A program made the position numbers and the translations under genes. Below, piece by piece: positions 13,882-27,243 of a DNA stretch of 64,000 nt (position 1 is the stretch's first letter; each line of letters begins with the position of its first letter). Below the pieces are notes generated by a model. That model did no database searches, was not told where the DNA came from, and worked only from the letters and a program-made list of their open reading frames with translations. The DNA comes from Fistulifera solaris (taxonomy: Eukaryota): NCBI GenBank assembly GCA_030295235.1, contig AP026169.1:682001-746000 (forward strand), read 5' to 3'.

Positions 13882-15483
13882 CTAGCTGTCGGTGAAGAAC
13901 GAATCATGCTTTCGTCGGGAGACCATCTTGCGTCTACGATGTCGCCCAAGAAAAGAAGTATTCAAGGTCTTTTGCGTGTCACTCCGAAAACTCACATTAT
14001 CGGTTTCGATTTCGTGAAAATCATCCAAATCAATCTCCATTTTGGCTCCGTGTACGTTGAGACAGGGTCGGAAGTAGGCATTTTTGTCCCATACAATATC
14101 GTCCTTCCCATAAGACTGCAGCGCTTGAAAGGTACCCGACATCACAGGGTCGATTCCCTCCACGACGCACAAAATTTCTGCCAACTCGTCCTCAAAGAAT
14201 TTCTGTAGCGTTTCAATGTCGGTAATGGCCACGACAGGTTTCACTTCTAGCTCGGACTCGGGGATGCTCAAATGGGAACCACTTACCGGAAAACCTCTTT
14301 CGCTCTCTACTATTTTGTTGTATCGTACATGATTCACGAGCCGTTCGTGCGTACCGAAATTCTCCCCGCAAACAGGGCAGATACACTCTTCTCTTGACCC
14401 GACAACAGAATCCGCTTGTCGCAGCTTTTTATTAAGCGTATAGCATGGCATATCGGGAATAAAGTAAGGAAAAATTTTGCCACAAAACTGTTTAACAAAA
14501 AGACATAAAAAGGCACTTACCACAAGTCCGGATGGAGCTACCGGGAACTCTACATTGCTGGTAGGATGCAGCATACTGTAAGTATCAATGTGATGCGTCA
14601 CAACGGTAGGCATACTCATGTAAAGCAAGGCTCCCAGTTCATCATTTGGTTGCAACAGTCGTAGAGGACGAGGCACCGGTCGATGCTTGGTCCATGCGTA
14701 GAGTCGAACATGGGCCTCGACGACTGGATGCGTCGGATCCAGATCGTAAATACGAATCTGTAAACGCACTTGGTCACCTTCGGTACTGACGATGGCTTTG
14801 TTGCTAAATAGGACCTGGATGCCTCGAGCGCTCGACTTGGCCAAGCTAGTATAAAAGAATGCGAAAAGGAACGCATTAAACATCATTGACCACACCATTT
14901 GAACATACATTGCGATCTGTAGACCTGGGCATTTCTCGAAAAAGGCGTTACTACCATAAGGCAACGTATATCCTTCATAGAATATCCGCAAAGCTTCAAT
15001 GAGTTTTTTTTTTCTCAACCGACTTGAATAAAACAGCGCCACTGAGGACTTACCAACCGTAGTGCAAGTTTGAAGGGAGAAAGCAAACGCAGCGCGAAAT
15101 GTAATGGGATTTCCGTCCCTTCCCATTCCACATGTTTCATAAGGAGAGTTTTTATCAAGACGAATGTAAACGGCACCAAATACTACGATCATCAATGTCC
15201 AAATGACCAACATCATGAAGACGACAAGGAAGGCCGGTCGATTCAAAAAGACATGAAACCAATCATGTCGCAACAGCCACCATTGTGCTCTTGTCAATCT
15301 TTGCTTCACATGAAATCGATTATTCGACTGGAACGCGGGGAGATCGCGGCGAACCAAGCGAGGAATTTCAGGGATGGGTCTCAACTGCCGTGCGGGCATG
15401 CTGGAGACAGTCTTGTGCAGGTGAACGGGTCTTTTCGGAACATCTCCCGTTTCCTCGTCTAAGTCTTGAGTTGTTTGTGGCAT
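13882..15483 (-). CDS. Inward-rectifier (Kir-like) potassium channel family protein
   Basis: DWFHVFL slide helix, TM1, AAFAFSLQTCTTVGY pore, TM2, VLFSNKAIV, LQIRIYD, VVEAHVRLY, VVTHHIDTYS, EILCVVEGIDPVMSGTFQALQSY, DFHEIE. In-frame introns at 14973-15053 and 14425-14520. Confidence 0.9.
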   Translation of the reverse strand: MPQTTQDLDEETGDVPKRPVHLHKTVSSMPARQLRPIPEIPRLVRRDLPAFQSNNRFHVKQRLTRAQWWLLRHDWFHVFLNRPAFLVVFMMLVIWTLMIVVFGAVYIRLDKNSPYETCGMGRDGNPITFRAAFAFSLQTCTTVGKSSVALFYSSRLRKKKLIEALRIFYEGYTLPYGSNAFFEKCPGLQIAMYVQMVWSMMFNAFLFAFFYTSLAKSSARGIQVLFSNKAIVSTEGDQVRLQIRIYDLDPTHPVVEAHVRLYAWTKHRPVPRPLRLLQPNDELGALLYMSMPTVVTHHIDTYSMLHPTSNVEFPVAPSGLVVSAFLCLFVKQFCGKIFPYFIPDMPCYTLNKKLRQADSVVGSREECICPVCGENFGTHERLVNHVRYNKIVESERGFPVSGSHLSIPESELEVKPVVAITDIETLQKFFEDELAEILCVVEGIDPVMSGTFQALQSYGKDDIVWDKNAYFRPCLNVHGAKMEIDLDDFHEIETDNVSFRSDTQKTLNTSFLGRHRRRKMVSRRKHDSFFTDS

Positions 15484-16142
15484 TTCAAAGAGATGAGATA
15501 ACTGGTGAAAATAAAAGGGAAATTCGATAGCAATTACTTGGATGCGGCTCCTTGATACTGGTAGAATCGAAAGAGTCTCAACAATTCTATGGTTGTTGAT
15601 AACAACGTGCGATTGTTTTTCACGAGATGATCAAAAGAGGTTTACGCTTTCTTGTACTAAAAAATGGAGTCCAATTTTACTGTGATTTATAATGTAAGCA
15701 TTGGTATTTGTACGAATCTCCAAAACCATCTACTTAGCACTCTAGAGCTAGAGCTAGAACCAGAGCCAACTCAGCGAAGGGCCAGATTGGAATATACAAT
15801 ATACTCCGTATGTAACAAAATAATGAAACGAAAAAGGGAAAATTCAGTCGACTGTCAAAATTACAATCTGACTTTAGGAAATTAGGAATAAATAGGTACC
15901 GTACCGGTACCGTACCTTCAATTTTGGAATGTCCAACGCAAGCCTCACAAATCGTGCCACGGAATCAAAATCATCAACACGCATCGCTACCAGGTATCAT
16001 CCATCATCGTACCTGGTAGTAGATAGTCCTATTTTCGTAGTGCGTCCTCTTAAACATAGCTAGTCAGCCTATTATCTAGACACACAATGAATAATATGAC
16101 AGTTGCAAGAACTCCTATCTCAACCCCTAGCGCTGGTGCTTT

Positions 16143-19100
16143 TTAAGAAGAGCTTTTTCGAAACATGCCACCAAGAAAACCACCAACCCCCGTTCCTTGA
16201 CATCCGATGTCACCTCGCGACCAATATCCCGACCCATACCCGCAATCTGTTTGCCTATGCCAAGGCCACCTTGCATGGCACTTTTAAAACGCTGTGCCGG
16301 CTTTGCCAACACATTTCCAACTGTCTGCGAGAGGCCTCCGTGTCGATGACGCAGGCTCCATTCGGATATTCCCGGTAGAGCATGAAGGCGTAACGCACCA
16401 TTGGAGCAAGCTGCCGCTGCCACCACCGGACGGTTTGAGCTGGGTCCGAGATCGATGTCCCAAGCAGCAGGAATCGAATCTCGTGAGTTCAAATCGTCAA
16501 ATTCTGTCACGTGCCACTCGTCGATGACGTCCAAGGGGTTGCAAGCCGAAACACGGTGGAATGTAACACCGCGACCACTGCAAACCATAATAGCGGTACC
16601 ATCTGGAATGCATTCGATTTTGTGAGGTAATCCACGCCATGGTTCCAATGGTTTTGACCCCAAATAAAGACCCTCGACTGTGTACAGTGATAACGAAGCC
16701 ACCGTTCGCTCACTACCTCCAGCGACAATCGTGCTCTGACAAACGCAAATAATAAACCCCAAAACAGAAATAGCAAGACCCTTACATTCAGCAAAAGTGG
16801 AGGTGATGCTCAAGTTTGGGTCGTACAAGTCGAGGGCATTCGCTGGTGGGCCGAAAGATCGAATCAAAGCCCCGTTGGTCAGTGAATGGAGACAGCACTT
16901 GGACTGAGATATTGACGCAGATACTTGCACAGAGGGAGATAATGTGACAGCAAATACTTTTGACCCTCCATGACCCCGAAGGTGTATCCTTGGGCGAAGC
17001 GGCAGAAAATGGCTCGACATAAACCGCCATACTGTTGCATTTCCATCCTCACTCCCAACAACTGCGAGCTCCCCGCCCACTCCACCGTGACCGGCGGCAG
17101 TACCAATTGGTTCAGTTGCAATACATGTGATCCTAGCAGAATGTACTTGAGGTATCAGCACCTCGCCCTTGACACTTCCTTTTGCGGGATCAATCAGTTG
17201 CAAACCAAGTCCACCGATACCGTCGGCATCAGATAACACAAGCATGATTGTACGGCCCGCAAAGAGAGTCTTAGCTATCGCAACTGCCACGGTTCTATCT
17301 GGTATTTGACACGGGTTCATCAATCGGGGCACTTTTCGGAATCGCGGCAATTCTCGTTGTGCCACAAAGCAGCCTTGGTCAAAGAAATTCTCATCCTCGT
17401 CCGATAGCACATCCGGATCGGTCTCTACAGCACGCCATGTCCATCGGAAAATATGGAAAATACCTTTATCATCTACAGCAAGGCATCGATCATTTCCGGC
17501 GAAACGTACAGCCACGAGAGGAGCATGTGGACCAGGAGGTGGCGCATCTAGGTGCACCCAGTGCGATAGCGGGGCAGAATCAAACGGAAGATAACGAAGC
17601 TCTCCGAACGGCCGATTATTAAAAGCATCCACTTGGCTTCCCTGATAGGTCCGCCAGTGCGAACTTAAAAGTTGGTAAAAAGGAAGGTGTACAGCTTTTC
17701 TTTTCAGTCGTCTTACATGAGGGCGATTTCGGAAGAGCTGCATGGGACACTGTCCAAAATGGGCAATCTGTAACTCGGTCGCATGTCTGAGTGATTCATC
17801 TTTATACTTGCAACATCAACTGCTCCTGTATCATAGCAGAGACTTATTAGCAAACCCATCACACAGCATTTATTCAAACATCTTGTGAACATACCATAAT
17901 ATGTCAAATAAAAGTAAACGTTGTTCGCCTTCACAGACTCCGGTCCTTGCTGCTTGTATCCGAAAATCAAATCGATCCAATCGGGTAACATCTCGGAACA
18001 TATTTCGCTTTCCAGAGCGGCTCTCATAATCTCAACAAATTTCTCTGGACTGCCTTTCGCCCAAGGCGGCAACGACACATCTCCGAGCAGCTCTCCGTCT
18101 TGCGAGCTACCGAGAACGAACTTGTTGCAGTTTCGCAAAAATGACGGGGCGCAGTAGAACTCAGGGATCAGTTCCTTTACTTCGGCGGCCGATGAGCCTG
18201 TGCACATGCTCCAAGTTCTTGGAACAGAGCTAAAGAGTCGGTCCGCGACATCAAAATAACCGCCTTGAAGTTGCCTGTGTAACCCAGCGAATGGATGCAA
18301 TCGTACAAGGAAATGCAAGACCACACCGGCACTTGTCGAGTAGTGACTGCCGTACATGAAAGGGGGGTATCGAAGGATCAGCAAATGTGTTGAAACGCTC
18401 GACAAAATCGTTTAAGCGATCTGGATTCAATGCACCGACAGGCTTTGATAAGTCTCTAAAACTGTTGCGATCATTCAAATTGGGTACTTGTTCCGAAGTG
18501 AAGTCTGAAAGAACCCACGGAAAGACAGGATATTGACAAATGTCATTGTATGAGCGACCTGATAGCAAGTTCAAATGAAGAAGATAGTCGAAGTTCGTTA
18601 TACGCCCCTCTGCCCATGCCACTGTGAGACGCTGGAGCTGCTCGTGTAAAAACTGATCTGCTCGATCGGGCCATTGCTTCATAGCTTGAGGTGGAGCTCT
18701 TCTCATGATGGCAAAAGCAGCATCGTCGCGCTTTATGTTTCCTTCGTGACCGGGACCGAAATCTAGAAAAAGAGAAGATGTAGAGGAAAAAATTCCAAAC
18801 CCACCGAATGTAGCACCTCCTGATGGTATGAAGAACAGTTCGATAGATGAATCTCGTAAGCGGTATCTACGAAGATAGATATGGGATATTTCAGAGAGGT
18901 TGTATCGGATCGACTTCGGTCTAAATGAAGCAATTTCACGTTGCCGGCGAGCCGCTCGCTTTTGATACTTGGCCTCGCTTCCATCGTCTCGCAGACCTCC
19001 TCCATCTTCAATAATACGAATGCGTTCAGCTTCTTCTTCTGCCGCAAGAATTTCGCCCTCAAAATAACCGTCTCCTTCGTATTCTAAAATCAAATGCGAC

Positions 19101-22100
19101 CCAGTAAGCAAGACTGTGCAGGGGCGACTGCCTTCCGCTTTCACGTGCAAGCACGACTCGAGGTGTTTCTCAATTAGGCCCGCGGCGGCTGACTGCATCA
19201 AGCCTATACTCGAAGAAGAATTATCTGGAGGAGTCGAAAAGGAACTTGATGCTACGCTATGATGTCCCTTTAAAACAAAACTTCCCAAGAATTCAGACGG
19301 TTTATCATCGTCGAGACGAGCGTCGTCTCTATTATCGTCTTGTCCATTCCCAATATCGTCTTGTCCATTCCCAATATCACTCTGCGCGTATGGTAGGTCA
19401 TCCTTAATGGACAAATCACCGATAACTTCTTCTGTAAAGTGTACGTCTTCGAGAAGACCAACCTTGACTTTTGATAACGAAATTTCCTCGTCTTCCACAT
19501 CGTCTGTGACTTCTTTTTCGTTATGTCAACAATAGCGAGAGCCCCGTTTTCAAGTAAGGTCTTTGTGAACGCGTTCGTATCGAGTGGGACACTCGAACCA
19601 CGACGCTCTTGCTCGTCATCATCACACACCACCTTATCAGGTTTAGAAATATCGAAATTGCTCCCATTCCCATGGTCAAGATAGCCCGGTATGTAGGGCC
19701 GAAATTGAGGAAATGAAGGAATGGACGCAAGGCGAGATCGAATGTCACGATTGCCATCCGATATTCCATGTTCCCATTCAAAACCAATATCGTCTTGTAG
19801 ACAAGAAGCCGCGAATTCAGCCCAACAGAATCTTTCGGTAAATGATATTCGACTGTGCCGATACGTAGGCAATACTTTACTAATAATCTCCTTTAACCGT
19901 GCCTTCTCTCCAGCAGCGAATTCAAAGAAAGTGCTCATTGTGTCAGCTGCTGATCCAGATCCGGAATCTTTGCTTGATACTGACATCTTGTTTTGACCTT
20001 GAGCGGATCCCTCAAGCCCAAATGTGTCGAACAAGCTGATAAGCTCCGACTCTTGTTGATCAATATGGAGTGCTCTGTCCCATTTATCCAAAAAAGGCGA
20101 TAGATGACAAAGGGCAGCATCCTTCTCTTCTTCAGCCGAGTCATTTTCAGAATCAAGCTTTATTTTCTCTAAAGCAAGCCCGAGTCCCTCATAATCAGGA
20201 AAGCCGAGTTTCGAGGTGCCTCGCATATCCAATGAGACTGGTTCGTGGAAAGAACGAAATCGTCGCTGACCTTTGATATTTGATTCTTCACTTCTGCTTG
20301 ATGTTCCATATTTGCGACCAAGCCTAGTCCGTCTCCTCCGAACATAATTCTTTCAAGTGCCTGCGATTCATTTGTGGTTTTCTCGGTCTTATGATCACCT
20401 TCGTAAGCATCAAAAGTGCAGTCTCACGTAGTCTTCTTTCACTTTCATATCGAACTCTCAGTTCTTCCGCGACCTGACTTATCAGACTCAAACAAAGATG
20501 GGATCCTAAGATGTCCCCCGCGGTGGCTCTTTCTTGAAAAGTGTGTCGAAGTACTGCCATCGCCCCCAAGGCCGTGTCTCGAGCGCTTGCAAACGTCAAA
20601 CCAACTATCGCTGCAGTTAATGTTTTTTCTAACTCGCGAAGAACTTTGGTGAGTAACAACTCTTCATTGTCTTCTGAGGCACCATCTTGGTTTGTCATCA
20701 CCTTTGTGTTGCTTGACAAGCCAGGCAACGCTGAAAGCAGAGCCCTATAACATGGAAGCAAAACAGGAAGAAGAAGCTTCGAAGTCGCGGTGACATCACC
20801 TTTGTCGGAATTTTTGTGGCTAAGTGGCATAACAGGTAGCGAGAGTTGACACCAGCCTGTTGACTCTCGACCATACGACAGTATTTCCAAAACAACGCAT
20901 AGGAGCAGCACCTGATCATTGCCATACTTCGATTCTGGGATGCATCCCAACAAACGCTTTTCTTCTATAAGTGAGCAAGTTTTCGCAACAGCAGAACTCA
21001 TTTCAAAACTCCATAAGTCCCAAGGGTTTTCCCTTTTTAATGCTTTTCGTAGAGTAAAGGCAATAAGTCGACAGAGTACCGCCTTGGCGGCAAACGCGTC
21101 AGGTAAAACATGATGATCAGGTAGTGTGCCCGGAGTGACCCGAAGTTCAGCATTCTCGTCATCAAGCGTGGATAGTTCAAGTGCACCTAAAACACTTTGC
21201 CACAAAACTAGAGCAGTTCCCGCGCCCCCGAGCGCCATGGCATTCGACATCAACCCTGCCGCAGTTTGCATGGTACTTCTCTGAAAGCTCAAAAATAAAT
21301 TTAACAAAACGGAAGGATTGTCTTCGACGCTGGATGGTATTTCCGCTACCAAATCGATCCCAGACAAGTCACTGACATGGGACACATCCACCCATGAGTC
21401 GGAATCACTTCGTGTCCTGGACATTAAAGTATCGCTTTCGCTCAGAAATGAGACCGGTCTCAATATTTGAATCACATCGCACTTTCGCTGCATGTCCCGT
21501 TTTCTTATTTGTTTCTCGAATAACATAGCGATCGTGAGCAGGTACGGAATAAAAGACTTTGCAGTCCGAATAGAGGACCAAGCTTGCTTCCGTAAATATG
21601 AACTTTGAGCCTGCCTGTTCACTGACATCGTCGAATGGACATCAGCGCCATAAACGCGATGAAACGCCCCGCCAACAGATGTCAAGAGGTGCGCAAGAAC
21701 TTCGAAAGCAGCTTTGGAGATCTCCACTTGTTCGCTTTCAGAAGAAAGTAATGAGGCAATCATGCTAGGAAGAAGCGGCATCATGATGTTTAATCTTTCT
21801 GACAAAAGATCTGTGTAACTCCATTCATTCTGAAAAGTGCTGCCGATCAACATGGACATTCCTGGCGGCGGCATGAATAGTGATGTCACTACAACATGAT
21901 TTGCTTCTTTCAATGCACCTTTCAAAGAACCGGCCAGGGATGACGCAAACATTAGCTGCCCACAGGATGACGACGCTGCTTGACCTTCTGGTCCAGCAAC
22001 TGACACTACCCACGAAAATAATAGCAATGCCTGTCTCCAGTGATACTCCCAGCACAAGCGGCCTTCGTAAAGTTCTCCATTTGGCTCTCTTGATTGTTCG

Positions 22101-24434
22101 CTCTGTCCACCTGAAAAGGCCGTCCGCGACAAAATCATTGGAGCAATGACTTCATGAAATTGACAAATTAATAGATTGCGACCAAGTCTTGATGCGACCT
22201 GCAATTTTCGTTCCTCATCTTTACACGGTTCAATTGAACTCAAAGACGCCTCAGGTGGAAGTACCTCACACCAAACCAATATGCCAACGATTGCATTCAG
22301 TATTGTGTGCGCAGCGCACCGCCCCAAAGTGGCATCGCTTAGGCAATTTATACAAGCCTCGACATCGTGTTCTCCTTGGGCAATGTTCCGCCTGTTGACG
22401 AGCGAAGACAAAAGCATAGCTTGAAGAACGAGACTGAGAGCATCACAGGCGTCCTCTAGATCTCGCGATGGCGCTAGAAGTTCAACCCGGAGCCTCACGG
22501 CATCCAAGAAGTGTTGGACTGACATCTGACTTCGTAGAACATAACCGGACGTGATACAAAGTCCCCCAAATCTAGCTGCAATACATTTGGCTGCATTGCC
22601 AAACCGATTGAAAGCACGGTGAGAAAACAAAATGCAAATTCTTTATCACGAAAAAAACAACATACCGATCGCAGCGGTCGCAGCCGAACAACCGCCCCAT
22701 AGATCCCAATCTAACGCAAAGCCAAACAAAGCAGACAGTGAGATGTCGGAGGTTCGTTGTATTTGATGGCCGGGCAAGAGATCGTGTAATGTGACTGATT
22801 CTGGGCCACAGCATGACGCAACCAGCTCGACAGATGCCTCAATAACAGCCCTGGGAATATACAAAGGGGCCAAATTTTCATGTTTGACTTGTAAGCCAAT
22901 GCCTTCTTCAGAAGGATTATCGGATGGCACGGAAATTGTTGTAAACACCTTATATCTGAGGGCTCTTAGCAAGCTGCACCTCAAAACAGAAGCAAGAACA
23001 TGGAGTGTACCTGCTTGTAAAATTTCTTCATGCACGCGAGCTCCTCCGTTTCGAATATACAACGCTAACCATCGTATCCACTTCGCAGCATTCGTACCAT
23101 CATTGCTGTACATATGGTAGAGTTTCTGCAAGCTGGCTTCGTACAAGGACGGCAACATATCGAAAGTGCGGGTGGGCGGACACATGCACAAAAAAAAGTT
23201 CAAAACTGCAGCTGAAGACCACTTTTGTTCTTGTAAAATGACATACAAATTAGGAGAGCAGCTTGGAGCCAGCGCTTGTGATATAGAAGTCAAATAATTT
23301 TCCAAGGCGTTGTAGAGGCGAACATGACCCGTTGCGTAAAACTGAAGCGACTCATCTGTATCGTCAAATGGTCCACTCGGTTGTATCAATCCCACTCTAG
23401 GAGTTTCTTCCGTCGACCCTTGTTGACGCTCATAGGGCCAAATAACGCGATTTCGTTTTTCATCTATACGTAGACTTCGTGCCGACGTTGCTTTGAAAGA
23501 AACGATGGCGGTCCCCGATAAATGCTGTAATTCCATTGCGGCAGCATGTACTGTCAGCGGTATTCCTACTTTTGGTCCTTCTAAGCTACTACCTTTCGAC
23601 CTGAGAAGATTGGTGGTGAGGAAACATCACGAGTCGAGTACGTCCAATCGTGAAGACAACTTACCAGTTGCAAATCGGCGGTAAGGTTGGAATGACGCGA
23701 CCATCAGTAGTTTGAAGCGGCAACTGTGGACCCATGGCTGCGCAAAGTGCTTGTATTGTGGTGCCGACTGCAATGTTGGGGTAAATGGAAAATGATGAAA
23801 CGTCCAAGTCGATTGGATCATGAGCAACAATATTCGAGAAACAGTGACTATCATCCATTCCTCTCTCGACAACGGGATACGACAAGGGTCCACTCCCTAT
23901 TAAATGACCTTGTATGCTTGCAGTCCAGGTTGGACGCTTCAGATAAGGAAACACGTGTGAAAACACCACCAACTGCCATCTATCCAATTTTAGAACCAGT
24001 TGGGCTGTCACTTGTTCTCCCAAGTTATTACTGGCTGTTAATGTCGTTTCAACGCCGTCATCATCTGTCAAGATCCAGTTCGAGCATGTCACTTTCAGAT
24101 TATTAGCGGTATCTTTGGTCATATCCTTTGGTTCTTCCGTGGATGCGAACGAATAAAAGAGTCGTTCGACGTTGCCAGCATCAGAATTTTCTCCTGCTTC
24201 AACTGTATCACCGTTATCTTCGTCCACTCGACTATTCTTTCGAGGCCTCACCCAAAACATGACTGTATTAGCTTTGCGCAAGCTCCCATTCCATTGCAAG
24301 GGTGGTAGGAATCCTTTGCTAGGGCCGGAAAGTGACATGTACGCATCCGCAGTTTCCGAAAGCCATTTCTCCATCACGGCGTCCTCATTACTGCGATAAA
24401 TGACATCATGAAAATGCTCACTAACGGAAAACAT
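16143..24434 (-). CDS. BEACH-domain protein (neurobeachin/LRBA/Lvs-like; ConA-like, PH-BEACH, WD40)
   Basis: [76 protein letters not shown]-terminal WD40 ([11 protein letters not shown]). Spread over about 7 ORFs by introns and frame breaks. Start uncertain. Confidence 0.9.
19336..19378 (-). repeat. 21-bp in-frame tandem duplication (DIGNGQD x2) inside the BEACH gene
   Basis: atcgtcttgtccattcccaat is repeated twice. Confidence 0.85.
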
Positions 24435-25807
24435 TATTTGGTTTTAATTTGCGACGAAGATCTATTATCGAGATATGAAGCAACAGAAGCAAGAACAAGG
24501 AATAGAATGGCTGCTCAACCTACGATTCAACAACCCTTCAAAGAAGATCCTCTCACAGCGAAAAGAATGTGGTGTATTCATTATAGTCGATAGTAAACGG
24601 TACCCAATACTTTCGCGTACCGGTACAAAATGCTAACCAGAAAAATACTTGTGGTTTGGAGATTATTCAGGTCTGAGATGTCGTGAAACACGTTTATTCA
24701 TTCATTCTGTTCCATCTTCGTTCTATCTGCGTAAACATCACTTCGCCCTCCATAATGTATTGACTCGTGCTTGTGATAATATGCCAGGGTCGACGCGTTG
24801 ACCTTTTGATGAAAATGATATTAAAAAGTAGATGCACTATGCATTACTGGTACCTATGCTGCTGAGCAGAGGCCTTCATTTTCGTTTCCTATGCAGCGCG
24901 CATGACTTGCTTGGTACCTGGTAAACGAATCGCTGATTCCTGATTCTTTCCTGAGCTTGTGACCACCTTTAGTCGGGGTGTCCCACTTTCCAAGTCAATT
25001 CCCTTGATTGATCGCTACTTTATCACCAAGCTAGGCTTTTTCTTTTTCGTTGAGACTTGGATTTGGAACTTGGACTGCGCTCTTGGGCTCCCAGCTCAGC
25101 GGGAGGTTAACGCGGACGAAAGAAGAAGTCTAACAAAGTAAAAAAAGACTCTAGACTACGTATTTCAGTAGTGGATAACACGCTCGTTGCGCTCTTGACT
25201 ATGTATGCTTGACTCAAGACTCATGACTTACAACCTTGTCGGCAGCCTTTGAAAACTCACTCTCTAGAAATGTGTGAGGATCAATTGACTCATCTCGCGG
25301 GTGACAACGAAGAACGACGGTAAATCAACCTTGGACCTGGACCCTTGAGATGGGAGATGGGGAGTCATTACTGCCAAAAACGAAAAAAAAATTTTTACGA
25401 CTTGGGAATACTTTTCGTACTTCTTCGAAGAGAGTAGTGTCTGACATTTTTGTTTAATGTCCGGTCTTGTCAGTTCGCTCAAGTGACTGTACATTTGGTG
25501 AACTCCTGCGACACTGGCTGCCCGGGATAGTCAAGAACACCAAGAACATCACGAATACGATGACAGAAGCTCCACACATACAAAACATCTCCGCCTTAAT
25601 TGAAGTTACTCGTCGTTCCTTGCCGTTCCGATCTGTGGAGGGGATTTGACCAATGAAAACGATCCCCGCCGAGGAGAGGCAGAAAGAGAGAGGCTATCCC
25701 GCCACAACAACACAAAGTGTGAAAGACAAGTCGCTTGATGAGCAGGTCAAAGTTGAAACGGTGTTTTGGCGACATTGAAAGACTTTCACAACACACACAT
25801 CAAAACA

Positions 25808-26635
25808 ATGAGCCTGCTTCCACTTCACAGTATTCTGGAAGTATCCTTGAGTGACTTGGTGATCATTTGCGACGATGCGCGAAGCCACTCGACCCGAATT
25901 TCTGTAGTACAATGTCAGCGTCGGCCGATGGCTTACGAGCGGCGAGACGAAAGGCGTTGGTTGAGCATGCCAGGCGACGTCCCAAAAGCACGCCCGACCA
26001 ACATCAGCAACGAAGCTGAAGAGAAAGCTGGGAGAATCAGCCCGAGTTTTAATACGAAAGACTCGACATCATCGCTGCGCCCCCGACTTTCACGCCCTAG
26101 CCTCGCTTCTCCATTGGTCAAACCTGTACGCCAAGTCAGCATCAAACACCTACAAACAGAAAAGCTTCCAAGTTTACCGAAGTCAGGACAAAGACGAACA
26201 CTCGAGAAATCGGGTAGCAATCGTCGATTGAGACTCAGTCGTCAAGGAAGCCGAGAGTTTGTTTGCAAAAAAGGAACCAATGATGTTTCCCAATCGAAGA
26301 AGATTTCGCTGAAAGTCTCTTGCCAAGACCTCAACACCATTCTCGCAGGCGGCACCGGAGGCAGTGGTCCGTTGCGTATTCCGGTCCGTCAACGAAGTAT
26401 CCGAGGAATGAACTGCAATGCAACAGAAATAGAATTAGATGTAGTGAAAGGAAACGACGAAATGCAGCAGCTGGAGAGCAAAGTACGCAAACCTCCCTTA
26501 CTTGGCGTCTCGGATGCAACGAATTTGCGAGATCACTCCAAGTCGCCAATTTTCAAAAGAAAGCCTTTCAACTCCCCGCGATGCTTAGCGTTCGAGAATG
26601 TGTCTCGCGAAGTTTCCATTTTACCGAAGCAGTAG
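25808..26635 (+). CDS. Hypothetical basic, low-complexity protein (paralog of 27244-27858)
   Basis: 275-aa ORF from ATG; N-terminus MSLLPLHSILEVSLSDLVIICDDA; repeated P-x-RQ-x-S motifs. Confidence 0.65.
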   Translation: MSLLPLHSILEVSLSDLVIICDDARSHSTRISVVQCQRRPMAYERRDERRWLSMPGDVPKARPTNISNEAEEKAGRISPSFNTKDSTSSLRPRLSRPSLASPLVKPVRQVSIKHLQTEKLPSLPKSGQRRTLEKSGSNRRLRLSRQGSREFVCKKGTNDVSQSKKISLKVSCQDLNTILAGGTGGSGPLRIPVRQRSIRGMNCNATEIELDVVKGNDEMQQLESKVRKPPLLGVSDATNLRDHSKSPIFKRKPFNSPRCLAFENVSREVSILPKQ

Positions 26636-26968
26636 AAATTTCTTTAGTCCTCTAGGGATAACGCATAACAACATTTTCATAAGTTAAACACCTTTAATAT
26701 TCGGCAAGCCTTTCAATCTAAGAACTAGGATGTCTGTCCTCTTTATCAGTTCTTGACGATAATCCGAGTAGACGTGCACCAGTACGTAGTACTTCACAAG
26801 CTACAGTAACGCTTACCTGGTACCTATACGATTTCTGAAGTCGTTTTCCGAAACCCGAAACAGAAACGGCACCCCAACGCAACGGACGATAAAAAGTAAG
26901 GTTGATTCTTTACTGTAATGGACGACGGAGAACGATCGAACGTTTTTACCAGTACCGGACCGGTACTG

Positions 26969-27049
26969 GGAAGGACGTTAAAATTCTGCCTCCCAGTACA
27001 AGATTCTACGTAGCGTCTACGTCGAGGCAGATTTTTAACGCCGTTGCCT
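26969..27049 (+). repeat. ~80-bp hairpin element, copy 1
   Basis: Arms cgttaaaattctgcctc / gaggcagatttttaacg flank a gattctacgtagc core; near-identical to the copies at 53661 and 54116. Confidence 0.9.
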
Positions 27050-27243
27050 TGGTACTTGTACCGGTACTTGTAAATCATCGCTGGCTGATGCTTTGTCCTT
27101 GCTGTGTAGCACAAACGATTTATTTCGCTTTCTTCTCGCTGCTTGGTTTCCGGTTGTGTTTGTAGTTCATTTCAAAGCGAAATTGAAATAACATCATCAC
27201 TTTTGAGCAATAATTGCTACGGTTTGTTATTCGAAAGCAAACC

